A stretch of 64,000 nt of DNA. It comes from a virus. Its lineage: Duplodnaviria > Caudoviricetes. Made by a program: the position numbers and the translations under genes. Where the stretch lies: positions 1 to 64,000 of IMG/VR virus record IMGVR_UViG_3300031867_005677; one strand, written 5' to 3'. The notes beneath the pieces are model-generated. The model ran no database searches. It saw only the letters and a list, made by a program, of their open reading frames with translations, and was not told the DNA's origin. Below, piece by piece: positions 9,741 through 19,842 of this stretch (its first letter is position 1; each line of letters opens with the position of its first letter).

Positions 9741-9754
9741 TTATTTTTAATAAA
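9741..9754 (+). promoter_or_regulatory. putative late promoter TTATTTTTAATAAA
   Basis: Identical 14-mer at 9741, 21116, 22038 and 54240, and one mismatch on the minus strand at 60824; always upstream of late/virion genes. Confidence 0.55.
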
Positions 9755-9772
9755 TAAATATTTAATTGATTT

Positions 9773-9913
9773 ATGCTTCGTGAACATGATGAAATATTTC
9801 CAGAAATACAACCTATTTCATATTTGAATTTAAAACCAATTGGAAATAATATTGATTTAAATAACTTAAATAAAAAAATAGTTACTTCAATTGAATGCCA
9901 TCAACAAATATAA
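9773..9913 (+). CDS. small hypothetical protein (46 aa)
   Basis: MLREHDEIFPEIQPISYLNLKP...; first ATG after the late-type motif; overlaps the next gene by 19 nt. Confidence 0.4.
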   Translation: MLREHDEIFPEIQPISYLNLKPIGNNIDLNNLNKKIVTSIECHQQI

Positions 9914-11181
9914 AATTACCCGAACATAATTCTTCAAGATTATTGTTTATTGATAATCAAGATCCTAATTTTGAATTAGATTTAGAAGAATTAGAACAAG
10001 ACTCTTCGGAAAAGGATAAATGTAATTGTGATAATCCTAAATTTCTATTAGGAAAATTAAACAATTATATTTGGCTTTTAGAAGATTCCGGTACATATGA
10101 CACTAACCATATTCACCAAGCAAATATAAATCATACTGATCAATATGGTAATACAGAAACATTTTTTAATGTAACTCGTATTATGGAATATAGTGAAGAA
10201 TGTGATAGACTTTATACTGCTCATAGTGGTGGACTTAAATTTGTATTATTAGATTCACCATCAGAAAGTCAAATTATTGAATTATTTATAAAATATGAAA
10301 GAACATTACCTGGGTATGAATTAATTACAGATTTAAAAAATAATAATACAGGAGAAACATATCCAGCTTGTTTAACATTTTGGAAATATAATACCAATAA
10401 TGTATTACAAATGTATCAAGTAGTACAATTAGTTGGTGGGTTAAATATTATAGATAGTAATACTTTACAACCAATGAATAATATAAATTATTGTTCAATA
10501 GAAGTTACTCAAGCACAAATTGATTTTAATAAATTGAAATTTACTTATAATATTAATCCTAATACTACTAATGATATAAAAATAAGTTTTATCGGTACAA
10601 CTTCATTATTTACAAATCCTAATTCAGGAAATTATGGTAAATTTATCAGTCAAAGATATTATGATAGTAATGATAATTATGTAGAACCAGGTATTTTCTT
10701 GATTCAAGCACCTAAAAATAGATCTTGGATATGTTATAGATTTTTATATCATACAACCAGTAGTCCTGGTGAATATGTTTATTCAATACCTAGATCAAAA
10801 TTAACAACATTATCAAATGAATATAGTATTAGATATAAAGATAATTGTAAATGTTGTAGAATAAATATGTCGGCATTAAATGGATATTATGGTAATTTAG
10901 AAAATAATAAGTATATATATGAAATAGATATTGATAGAAATCTCAATAAGAATTATTTCACTTTAATGATTCCATCTATATTTACTGATTATGAATCTTT
11001 AGAATATCTTGATAATAATGATAATGTAGTATCTGGTTATATGGATTTAGGAGCTAATGAATTTAATGAGGAAAATATATATAATGAATTTGATGGAATG
11101 TTTTATAAACAAATATCATTCCCAATATTTCGTAATTATTGTAAAGTATATAAAGTTAAATTAACATATAATAAAGCATAA
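9895..11181 (+). CDS. putative virion/baseplate-associated protein
   Basis: 428 aa, beta-rich, heads the baseplate operon; no family recognised. Confidence 0.5.
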   Translation: MPSTNIKLPEHNSSRLLFIDNQDPNFELDLEELEQDSSEKDKCNCDNPKFLLGKLNNYIWLLEDSGTYDTNHIHQANINHTDQYGNTETFFNVTRIMEYSEECDRLYTAHSGGLKFVLLDSPSESQIIELFIKYERTLPGYELITDLKNNNTGETYPACLTFWKYNTNNVLQMYQVVQLVGGLNIIDSNTLQPMNNINYCSIEVTQAQIDFNKLKFTYNINPNTTNDIKISFIGTTSLFTNPNSGNYGKFISQRYYDSNDNYVEPGIFLIQAPKNRSWICYRFLYHTTSSPGEYVYSIPRSKLTTLSNEYSIRYKDNCKCCRINMSALNGYYGNLENNKYIYEIDIDRNLNKNYFTLMIPSIFTDYESLEYLDNNDNVVSGYMDLGANEFNEENIYNEFDGMFYKQISFPIFRNYCKVYKVKLTYNKA

Positions 11182-14100
11182 TGGTTTTAAATGACTTCAA
11201 TAATATAAGGCTTGAATATTCAGTTGGTGCAACAGTAATAATGTTTTCATTAATAGATATAAGTGCAAATAAATCAATACTTACATCTACTAATGTTTCT
11301 AAAGTTATAATCGAATATGATTATAATGATGGTATTATCAATACTTATGAACAAGGATTATCATTTCATTGTAATTCTTGTATTATGATATTAACTGGTC
11401 TTCAAGAAAATACAGATATAAATTTTAGAATATATATATCTTATGAAGAAAACAATATTGAATTATATAGAATAGCATTAACTAATACAATTAATGAACA
11501 TACATTACCATTAGGAAATATAACATATACAATTTTAGAAACTGAATCTCTTCAACAAAATGTAATTAGTCAATTAACATCAACTATGGACAATATTATA
11601 AATTATATAAATAATTTAGGAACATATGTTGATGATTCATTTGATGATTATGCACAATATGCTAAAACAATCCCAGTAAAATATAATGAAACAATTGCAA
11701 CAGCAGATGCAATGTATTATAAATATTATGATGATGGTTGTTGGGGTAGAGTAAGAACATCTGGTGGTTCTTATTTTAAAAATGATGTAATGTATCATGA
11801 ATTAAGACATAGATATGGTATTGGGGGTATTGGTACTAATTTTAGTAGAATTGATGATCATAATTCTGCTTTATTCAATTTTGTAGAAGATAAATTTAGT
11901 ATATTACATAATGCATTAAAATTTGAAAGTGGTAGAGATGATGCTAAAGTGTGGATATTTGGAGCACATTCAAATATTCTTGAAGGAAACTATACTAATA
12001 ATGGTGATTATAATTATTTAGCTGCTAACTATATTAAAGCACTTGCATGGTATACTTGTCATAATACATCTGATACAGATAATTCAAAAATAAGAATTAT
12101 AGCACCTATTGATTTAACATTAATAAGTAGTAATGAACCACAAGAAACATATTATAATATCACATTTAATACTAATAATTGTACTGCATCAATTAGTAAA
12201 TTAAGTGCAAAAGCTGGTGAAGTAGTAACTATTAGTGATATAACACCATATTCTGGTTATGTTTATAGTGGTACTTCATGGGATGTAAATGTGGAACAAA
12301 TTGATGGTGGTATACCTAATGAAAATGGTATTGTTGAATCTTTAAGATTTACTATGCCTAATAGTGATGTAACAATTACATGTGTTTGTATATTAGAACA
12401 ACAAGAAAATGAATATAATATTGTTTTAGATGCTAGAAATGGTACAGCAACATTAAGTAAATATACTGCAAGATATGGTGAACAAATTACAATATCTAAT
12501 ATTACACCAAATGAAGGTTATGAATTAAAAACATTATGTGTAATGGGTTCATCCTCAGGTCAAATACAAACAACAAATAATAATAACCCAAATAATTTAA
12601 AGGTATATTTCAATATGCCTAATGAAGATGTTATTGTTGTTATTACCTTTGAAGAAATTGTACCTGAACTTTACCAAATTATATTACATCAAGATCATAG
12701 TACTGGTAGATTAAATAAAGATAGTGCTAGTAAAGATGAAGAAATAATTATTTCAAATATTGTACCTACAGAAGGATATGAAATATTAAATATATTTATT
12801 ATCTTAAATAATCAAACAATAGAAGGTACATTTGAAAATAACTCATTTAGATTTATAATGCCTGATGGTAATTGTGATGTATATTTTGTATATAAAGAAA
12901 TTACTCAACCAACAACAATTGTAGAATCTGATAATTTAAAAACAAATTCTGACCATAGTAATATTAATACAAAATTAAAAACAATATTCTTAGGACCTTA
13001 TCAATATCTTTATGAATATTTAAAAAATGGTGAAGATTTTAATGATGTTGGTTGTAATGATAAATTTGTAATATTACGTAATTTTGAAATAGTAAATAAT
13101 ATTGTTTATGATAAAGATATATTCTTTATTGAACAATCAATATATGATAAAATAATTAATAATTTAAGTACTGATTTAATTGCTTACCCATTATATAAAA
13201 ATGGTAGTTTATTCTTTAGTAATACTTATGGATTTTTTGCCACATACAATATTAGCTTAAAAGATATTACTTATAAAATTTATAATGAATCAACTTTAAA
13301 TAATGAAAATATTGCTAGTGATGCTAATATATTATGTGATAAATTACGTATATATAATCCTGTTATAAATAACAATTTAGATTTCATTGTATATGTGGAT
13401 AACTATATTAATAATATCCATTTCCATTATTATTGTAATTTAAATAAGAATATAAAGAAGAAATATACTGGTGAAATTAAAGTAAATAATAATCGTTACA
13501 TAGAATATATCGAAATCAATATACCAAATATAAAGAAATTATTCTCTGAAAATAATAAGTATTTTATATTTGAAGATATTAATAAAGTAGCTTTTACAAA
13601 AAATTTCTCATTAGAAGAATTCTTTAAAAATTCTACTAAAAAATATGATAATAAACTTTATTTATCAAAAATAATTAAACCATTTATTATTGATAAGATT
13701 AAAGAAAATGATAAAACTATTTATATTAAAACATATATAGATGATCAATATTTTAATTATAACAACAATTTTATTAATACTTCATTAAATATTACATTAT
13801 ATCCTTATAAAAATATTTCTAATGGGTTATATTTGTTGCATGATCTTATTAATTCTTCATCATCATTTATATCTTATGAAAATTATTTTAGATTAAGTTC
13901 AAGATTAGGATTTGATAATGGTATTATTTCTCTTATTAATGAATTTGAATTTCCAAATAAAATTAAAAGAGATAATATTCAAAAAATAAAATATGATAAT
14001 TCAATATCAGAATTCTTAAATGATAAAACTCATGAATTAGAAAATATTGAAGATAGACAAGTTACTGAATATTATAATACATATTATCTACATGAAAATT

Positions 14101-14900
14101 TGGATGCATTAGAAGATTTAAGAGAAGAAGATGAATTTGATGAAGAATTAAATGTTGAAGCTATTCGTTCTACAGGATTTGTAATTCAATTTGCAAATGA
14201 TTTAAGTTTTAATGATATTATATTAGAATCCATTATTAATACTGATAATTTAGATAATGAAGGACAAACAAATAATGATAATTTTATATATGATTTTAGT
14301 TTTTCATTAAATGATATGGTAGATTCATGGAATCAATTAAATGATATATTAGTTGTTAGAGCTAAATTTATTGATAAGAAATTAAATAATGTTATAATTG
14401 GTAATAATGTAGTAATTAATAAAGAATGGTTTAAATATTTTATAAATGATACATTAGATTATAATATACAATTTAATAAAACAAATAATTTAATTACAAA
14501 TAATTTTATGGATATTAATCAAGGATTTAATTTTATAGATAATATTAATTGTACTATAATTGAAGGAGAAAAAAATAATAATGTTAATATGTCAAATAAT
14601 AACATTATAAATACTAAATTGATTTATAAACCTATATTCTATAAAGTTCAGGATTTACAAACTATTAGACTTCGTCAAGGTATGACACAAAATATAGGTA
14701 TCAATATGGGTGAATTTATGAATAAAGTAAATACATTTATATTGAATATTGGTGATCAAACAATTAAAGAATCTTCACGTAATGATGTATTTGTAATTTT
14801 CCCTATTAATGCAAATAATATTGAAGATAATAGTGGATATTATAATATTATGAATGAAGATTATGAATATATTTCATCAGGTAATTTTATTAAATATTAA
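11181..14900 (+). CDS. modular virion protein: zincin-like HExxH domain + 3 InlB B-repeat-like Ig domains + C-terminal structural region
   Basis: TIPVKYNETIATADA...GRVR...YHELRHRYGIG (H206 at 11796). Three about 80-aa repeats Y.I......G.......A..GE.I.IS.I.P..GY.......F.MP..DV at about 12150-12900. Lies directly upstream of gp25- and gp6-like genes. Confidence 0.65.
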   Translation: MVLNDFNNIRLEYSVGATVIMFSLIDISANKSILTSTNVSKVIIEYDYNDGIINTYEQGLSFHCNSCIMILTGLQENTDINFRIYISYEENNIELYRIALTNTINEHTLPLGNITYTILETESLQQNVISQLTSTMDNIINYINNLGTYVDDSFDDYAQYAKTIPVKYNETIATADAMYYKYYDDGCWGRVRTSGGSYFKNDVMYHELRHRYGIGGIGTNFSRIDDHNSALFNFVEDKFSILHNALKFESGRDDAKVWIFGAHSNILEGNYTNNGDYNYLAANYIKALAWYTCHNTSDTDNSKIRIIAPIDLTLISSNEPQETYYNITFNTNNCTASISKLSAKAGEVVTISDITPYSGYVYSGTSWDVNVEQIDGGIPNENGIVESLRFTMPNSDVTITCVCILEQQENEYNIVLDARNGTATLSKYTARYGEQITISNITPNEGYELKTLCVMGSSSGQIQTTNNNNPNNLKVYFNMPNEDVIVVITFEEIVPELYQIILHQDHSTGRLNKDSASKDEEIIISNIVPTEGYEILNIFIILNNQTIEGTFENNSFRFIMPDGNCDVYFVYKEITQPTTIVESDNLKTNSDHSNINTKLKTIFLGPYQYLYEYLKNGEDFNDVGCNDKFVILRNFEIVNNIVYDKDIFFIEQSIYDKIINNLSTDLIAYPLYKNGSLFFSNTYGFFATYNISLKDITYKIYNESTLNNENIASDANILCDKLRIYNPVINNNLDFIVYVDNYINNIHFHYYCNLNKNIKKKYTGEIKVNNNRYIEYIEINIPNIKKLFSENNKYFIFEDINKVAFTKNFSLEEFFKNSTKKYDNKLYLSKIIKPFIIDKIKENDKTIYIKTYIDDQYFNYNNNFINTSLNITLYPYKNISNGLYLLHDLINSSSSFISYENYFRLSSRLGFDNGIISLINEFEFPNKIKRDNIQKIKYDNSISEFLNDKTHELENIEDRQVTEYYNTYYLHENLDALEDLREEDEFDEELNVEAIRSTGFVIQFANDLSFNDIILESIINTDNLDNEGQTNNDNFIYDFSFSLNDMVDSWNQLNDILVVRAKFIDKKLNNVIIGNNVVINKEWFKYFINDTLDYNIQFNKTNNLITNNFMDINQGFNFIDNINCTIIEGEKNNNVNMSNNNIINTKLIYKPIFYKVQDLQTIRLRQGMTQNIGINMGEFMNKVNTFILNIGDQTIKESSRNDVFVIFPINANNIEDNSGYYNIMNEDYEYISSGNFIKY

Positions 14901-14902
14901 TT

Positions 14903-15244
14903 ATGATAGACTTAGCATTAGATAATAGAGTATATATTAATAATGATTTAGATGAGGCATTACAAGAATTAGACATATTATTTGATACCGAATGTACTGA
15001 ATTAATAGGTGATACTGAATTTGGTGTCAATATAGAACAATTCTTATGGACATTATCACCAATGACTGATTCTATAAAATCTTATATATCTAATAAATTG
15101 CGTGATTGTGCATATTTACAAAAATTCAATTATACTATTGATGTACAATATTATGAAGGAGATTTTAGAAGTATGTATCATTTAATTATTAATATATATT
15201 TAGATGAACACCAAAAAATTAAAAAAGAATATGATTTTAAGTAA
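14903..15244 (+). CDS. baseplate wedge protein, T4 gp25-like
   Basis: 113 aa with ELIGDTEFGVNIEQFLW; typical size and position before a gp6-like gene. Confidence 0.7.
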   Translation: MIDLALDNRVYINNDLDEALQELDILFDTECTELIGDTEFGVNIEQFLWTLSPMTDSIKSYISNKLRDCAYLQKFNYTIDVQYYEGDFRSMYHLIINIYLDEHQKIKKEYDFK

Positions 15245-16926
15245 TGAAATTATTTAATTTAACTGAAACCAATTTTGAGAATTTTGATAATACTATTAAT
15301 AATTATCTCAATAAAGTGTTTATTGGGTTAGGTATACAAAATTCTAAATTCCAATTATTTACTATTATATTTAATGCAATTAAAGGTATTATGCAAAATA
15401 TAATGGTATATATTGAGGATGCATTTACTGAACAAAATATTGATACTGCTATTAGACAAAAATCAATATACTCTTTAGCTAAATTATCTGGGTATGAACC
15501 ATTTTATGGTACCGCTGCTACAGGTATATTAAAAGTATCATTAATAAGTAGTACTAATTTATCACAAGAAATCAAGAAAATATATATCAATAATCATTCA
15601 ACAGTACAATGTTTAAATAATGATATGAATTATATATTATATCTACAAACAGATCGTTATGTTTTTGATATAGAAAAACCATTAGTTGATTATGATTTTA
15701 GAATAATACAAGGATTCTTTAATGAATCAAACTATACTAGTCATGGTGATGAATTAGAAACTATTCATTTAACTATTAATGGTATGTTTGATAAGAATTA
15801 TATAAAAGTTTTTGTAAATAATAAAGAATGGCAACCAGTTTCTAATTTATATGATATGACAGAAAATGGTGAAGAATATATTATTAGTGTTGGTTTTGAT
15901 AATGAATTAGATATTACTTTTGGTAATGGTATTTATGGTAAAGTACCTAATAATGGTGATAATATTAAAGTAGAATATATAGTACATAGTGGTACCAATG
16001 GAAATATCAATAATTTATCTGATATTAAATTTAAGTTTATTACAAATGGTGTTGATTTTTATGGGAATTCTATAGATTTAAATAATTATATACATTTAGA
16101 ATTAGAGAATTTTATAAGTGGTGGTACCAATTCTGATACTATTTATGATGTAAAGAAAATGATTGGTTATAATTCAAGAAGTAATGTTCTTGCTTCTGTT
16201 GATAATTATAAATTATTCTTAAAGCATTTCTCATTCTTAGGTAATTTTAATGTATGGGCAGAAGATAATTCAAATACATTAGTTATAAATGGTATTACAA
16301 ATGTTTTAAATGAAGTAACAAATATTAATGATTATAAGAATATAGATGATAAACAATTATTATTATCTGATGATCAAAAAGCTAATATAATGACAGTATT
16401 AGAAAATTCATCGAATACTTTTGCCGGAGTAAATATTACTTTCTTAGATCCAATTATTTACAAATATGCTATTATGTATTATGTTCAAGCAGAAGATCCA
16501 TTCTATAAAGATATTATAAAGAATAATTTAGAAATATATACATTAGAATATTTTTCTAAATACAATTTTAATGTAACATTTATTTCTAAATCTGATATAT
16601 TAAAATATATATTAGATAATATTCAACATATTAAATCTATTAATATAGAAATTATTTCAGCTGCTAACGAAAATGCATATGGAAGTGTGGATCATTCATA
16701 TTATAAGTATAAAACATATGTTTATAACAATAAAGTAAATTATAAACAAATAAAATATTTTTATGAAGAAGGATTACATTTAGGATTAGATGAATTAGGA
16801 AATATTTCATTGGATAATAATATATATATCCCATTACTTCAAGGAAATTTCAAATATTATCCTAATAAATCTAATAGTGATTATTCTAATATAACAGTTG
16901 ATGCAATAAATGTTATTTTTATATAA
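15244..16926 (+). CDS. baseplate wedge protein, T4 gp6/baseplate J-like
   Basis: SIYSLAKLSGY, ITFGNGIYGKVP..GDNI.VEY, SGGTNSDT...SRSNVLAS..NY motifs. Confidence 0.8.
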   Translation: MKLFNLTETNFENFDNTINNYLNKVFIGLGIQNSKFQLFTIIFNAIKGIMQNIMVYIEDAFTEQNIDTAIRQKSIYSLAKLSGYEPFYGTAATGILKVSLISSTNLSQEIKKIYINNHSTVQCLNNDMNYILYLQTDRYVFDIEKPLVDYDFRIIQGFFNESNYTSHGDELETIHLTINGMFDKNYIKVFVNNKEWQPVSNLYDMTENGEEYIISVGFDNELDITFGNGIYGKVPNNGDNIKVEYIVHSGTNGNINNLSDIKFKFITNGVDFYGNSIDLNNYIHLELENFISGGTNSDTIYDVKKMIGYNSRSNVLASVDNYKLFLKHFSFLGNFNVWAEDNSNTLVINGITNVLNEVTNINDYKNIDDKQLLLSDDQKANIMTVLENSSNTFAGVNITFLDPIIYKYAIMYYVQAEDPFYKDIIKNNLEIYTLEYFSKYNFNVTFISKSDILKYILDNIQHIKSINIEIISAANENAYGSVDHSYYKYKTYVYNNKVNYKQIKYFYEEGLHLGLDELGNISLDNNIYIPLLQGNFKYYPNKSNSDYSNITVDAINVIFI

Positions 16927-16949
16927 GTAAATCAGTTTAATTTAATATA

Positions 16950-17363
16950 ATGAAACAATTAAATAAATTTATACAAGAAAAATTAAAAATCAATTCTAAA
17001 ACCCAAATTAATAATACCGAAGAAGTTTGTAAATATATCTATAATAATTTATGGGGTATTACAGATGAAGATAAAGAAATGTATAGTGCTATTGAAAAAT
17101 GGGTAAAAGATAATGATGTAAATGAAGTAATTCCAATTGCCGACCAAGAATCTTTAAATGATGCATCAGAATTTATAGATGATGATATTATCAAACAATA
17201 TAAATCGGATATGAAATCAGTTGAAGATTGTGAAAGTGAATTAGAAAAGGCAGAAAATATTTACCATCATAGTAGTAGAGCAGAAAATATAGATATTATG
17301 TGTACGGATAATATGATTGCAATATTGGGTTGGTATGGTACTTTATATTGTGTTAAAAAATAA
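16950..17363 (+). CDS. putative head-packaged internal protein (CTS-like leader + KLKINS motif)
   Basis: Starts MKQLNKFIQE-KLKINSKTQIN. Confidence 0.55.
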   Translation: MKQLNKFIQEKLKINSKTQINNTEEVCKYIYNNLWGITDEDKEMYSAIEKWVKDNDVNEVIPIADQESLNDASEFIDDDIIKQYKSDMKSVEDCESELEKAENIYHHSSRAENIDIMCTDNMIAILGWYGTLYCVKK

Positions 17364-17375
17364 TGATTAATATAT

Positions 17376-18992
17376 ATGAACTTTTTAGAGTTTGTTTCAA
17401 AAAGAAAAGAAAATGAACAAAATAGAGTTATTATCAAAGAAGGATTTAAAAATTCTGATTTAGGTAAAGCACAAAAACTTATATTAAAGATGTTAAGAAA
17501 AAATACGGGTGAAACTATAATTTCACTTGGTAATTTTGAACTTGAAATAGGTAAAGAAGATTGTACATCTGAATTGTTTGTATGTGCTAAATCTAAAAAT
17601 CCTATTTGTTTTACATTGAATTGGCTTAATGATGGTAAATCATCCCAAATATATTCTATTTCTTTCTTTAAGAATATGAATGTATTTTTTGATGGTCGCG
17701 GTAAATCTGACTTGACTATTGAATCATTTGGTTGTTCTATTGCTTATCTTATACCTATTATCTCTTATATAGTTAATACTGGAGATTTTAATCTTCAAAA
17801 GAATGATGCTACTAAATTTGTAAAAGCTTTATTTGGTGCTAAAGTTCAAGAAGGAAAAATGTATGAATGTTATATTGGTGCATTAAAGTACTATATTATT
17901 GAAAATGTTAAAGAATCATTAATAAAAGAAACATTCATGCAAAATATTAAAGAAGGTTCATATGAAGATTTGTTAAAGTGGAAAAAAGAGAAAATGGCAG
18001 CTGCTAAAGAAGCCGATTCTCATAAAAAAGATTCTCCTGAAGCTAACCGATTAAGTAAAGATTTATGGAAAGAATATGAAGAGATAAAGAATGCTATTAA
18101 AGGTGGAGCTTCATCAGTAGAAGAAGTACAATTAGCATTACAAAAATCAGTTAATGTAGTGGTTAAAAATCTTGAAGGTGCAAGTAAAATAGAAGAAGAA
18201 ATTAATAAAATAAGGAAAGATCCTGAACAAGTATTTAAAGAAATGCGTAAATATGTAAAGATGGTTATAAAAGGAATTACACCATCTGTAATATTATGTG
18301 GTGCTCCTGGTGTTGGTAAAACATTTAAAGTAAAACAAGAGCTTAAAGCCGCAGGTTATCATGAAGGACATAATCTTTGCACTATTAAAGGTAAATGTAC
18401 CCCACGTGTTCTTTATACTACATTATTGGATTATAAGAAAAAAGGTGATATTGTAGTAATTGATGATGCCGATGGGTTAGTAGGTCCTAAAGCACCAGAA
18501 GATTGTATTAATATATTAAAAGCTGCTTTAGATTCAACAGAAGATGATGAAGGACGTTTAGTATCTTATGGAGTATCTGGTATTATTAGAGATGATGAAG
18601 GTATGGAATTACCTAAGAAGTTCTATTATAATGGTGGATGTATTGTTATAACTAATTATAATGCTGGACAATTAGATACTGCATTAAGAGGACGTTCATT
18701 TATACAAGATATTCATTTTACTGTAGAAGAAGTGTTACAAATTATCAAGAAACTTTTACCAGAACTTGATCCTGAACATCTTTCACCTAAAGCAAAAATG
18801 CAAGCATATGATTATCTTGTAAAACTTAATGAACAAAAATCTAAGATGGAAATATCATTACGTACATTTGGTATTTGTGCGAAGATATTTGAAGCTTGTA
18901 ATGATGATCCGGATTTTGATGATGCTGATGCTGAATCAATGGTAGAAGAACAAATGAAATTACAAGCTGATCGTGGTGGTAAAAAATATTAA
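17376..18992 (+). CDS. AAA+ family ATPase with long N-terminal extension
   Basis: Walker A GAPGVGKT, Walker B IVVIDDAD, INILKAALDS, ALRGRS. Confidence 0.85.
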   Translation: MNFLEFVSKRKENEQNRVIIKEGFKNSDLGKAQKLILKMLRKNTGETIISLGNFELEIGKEDCTSELFVCAKSKNPICFTLNWLNDGKSSQIYSISFFKNMNVFFDGRGKSDLTIESFGCSIAYLIPIISYIVNTGDFNLQKNDATKFVKALFGAKVQEGKMYECYIGALKYYIIENVKESLIKETFMQNIKEGSYEDLLKWKKEKMAAAKEADSHKKDSPEANRLSKDLWKEYEEIKNAIKGGASSVEEVQLALQKSVNVVVKNLEGASKIEEEINKIRKDPEQVFKEMRKYVKMVIKGITPSVILCGAPGVGKTFKVKQELKAAGYHEGHNLCTIKGKCTPRVLYTTLLDYKKKGDIVVIDDADGLVGPKAPEDCINILKAALDSTEDDEGRLVSYGVSGIIRDDEGMELPKKFYYNGGCIVITNYNAGQLDTALRGRSFIQDIHFTVEEVLQIIKKLLPELDPEHLSPKAKMQAYDYLVKLNEQKSKMEISLRTFGICAKIFEACNDDPDFDDADAESMVEEQMKLQADRGGKKY

Positions 18993-19010
18993 AATAATTA
19001 AATAATATAT

Positions 19011-19829
19011 ATGAAAAGTTTAATACAATATATTAATGAAAATATAATTAAAGAATCATTTGAATCTAATTCTTTATCTGAATTTATATCTTTATCAGAT
19101 AAAAAAGAATATGAAGATTATTTTAAATATGGTTTTAGAGTAATTTCTAAAATTACAGATACATATAATTTTAGTAAAAAACAAATAGCTAAAGGTATGA
19201 GTTTAGCTAATTGGAAAGAAGATTGGTTCTATTCAAAAGATAATAAAAAAGTATTTAATCAAGAAGAATTTTGTAATATTTTAAGATTATCAGATAAAGA
19301 CCTTAATGAAGCTAAATTAAAAGAAGTTGCAATTAAACAAAAAACGTGTATTTTCTTATTTACTGAAAATAATAACAGCAAAATAAATAAAATTATTGCT
19401 GCAATGATATTAAATCCAAAATATGGAAATGAAGCTGCAACTTATTTAAAAGAAATGGCTAAAGAAAAAGAAATAAGACAAGATAATAAATCTAATAATG
19501 ATAAATTAAGTTCAACTTGGAAAATTGATAGAGCAAATAAAGTAATTAAAGAATATAATAATAAAGCTTCTAAAGAACAAATTGATTTATTAAATGAAAC
19601 TGTAAAGAAATTAATGAAATATACCAATAGAGGTAAAACTGCTAAAGAAGAAGCTAAAGAATTTAATAATTCTAAATGGTATAGTGAAGAACAAGCTAAT
19701 ATAACTTATTATTTAATTACTTCCGAAACCGGTGAAGATTTTCTTAAAGTATTTAGTTGGACTGATAATTTAAATAATAAACAAAAAGATTATTTATCTG
19801 AAATAGTAGAAAAATTAAAAGTAAAATAA
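19011..19829 (+). CDS. putative internal protein (CTS-like leader)
   Basis: Starts MKSLIQYINE; ends IVEKLKVK. Confidence 0.5.
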   Translation: MKSLIQYINENIIKESFESNSLSEFISLSDKKEYEDYFKYGFRVISKITDTYNFSKKQIAKGMSLANWKEDWFYSKDNKKVFNQEEFCNILRLSDKDLNEAKLKEVAIKQKTCIFLFTENNNSKINKIIAAMILNPKYGNEAATYLKEMAKEKEIRQDNKSNNDKLSSTWKIDRANKVIKEYNNKASKEQIDLLNETVKKLMKYTNRGKTAKEEAKEFNNSKWYSEEQANITYYLITSETGEDFLKVFSWTDNLNNKQKDYLSEIVEKLKVK

Positions 19830-19842
19830 TAATATAAATAAT

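Noticed and set aside
9773-9913. Programmed frameshift joining the 46-aa ORF to 9895..11181 at the A7 run
   Set aside because: A TGA (9892-9894) lies in the downstream frame immediately before its ATG and after the A-run, so slippage there cannot fuse them.
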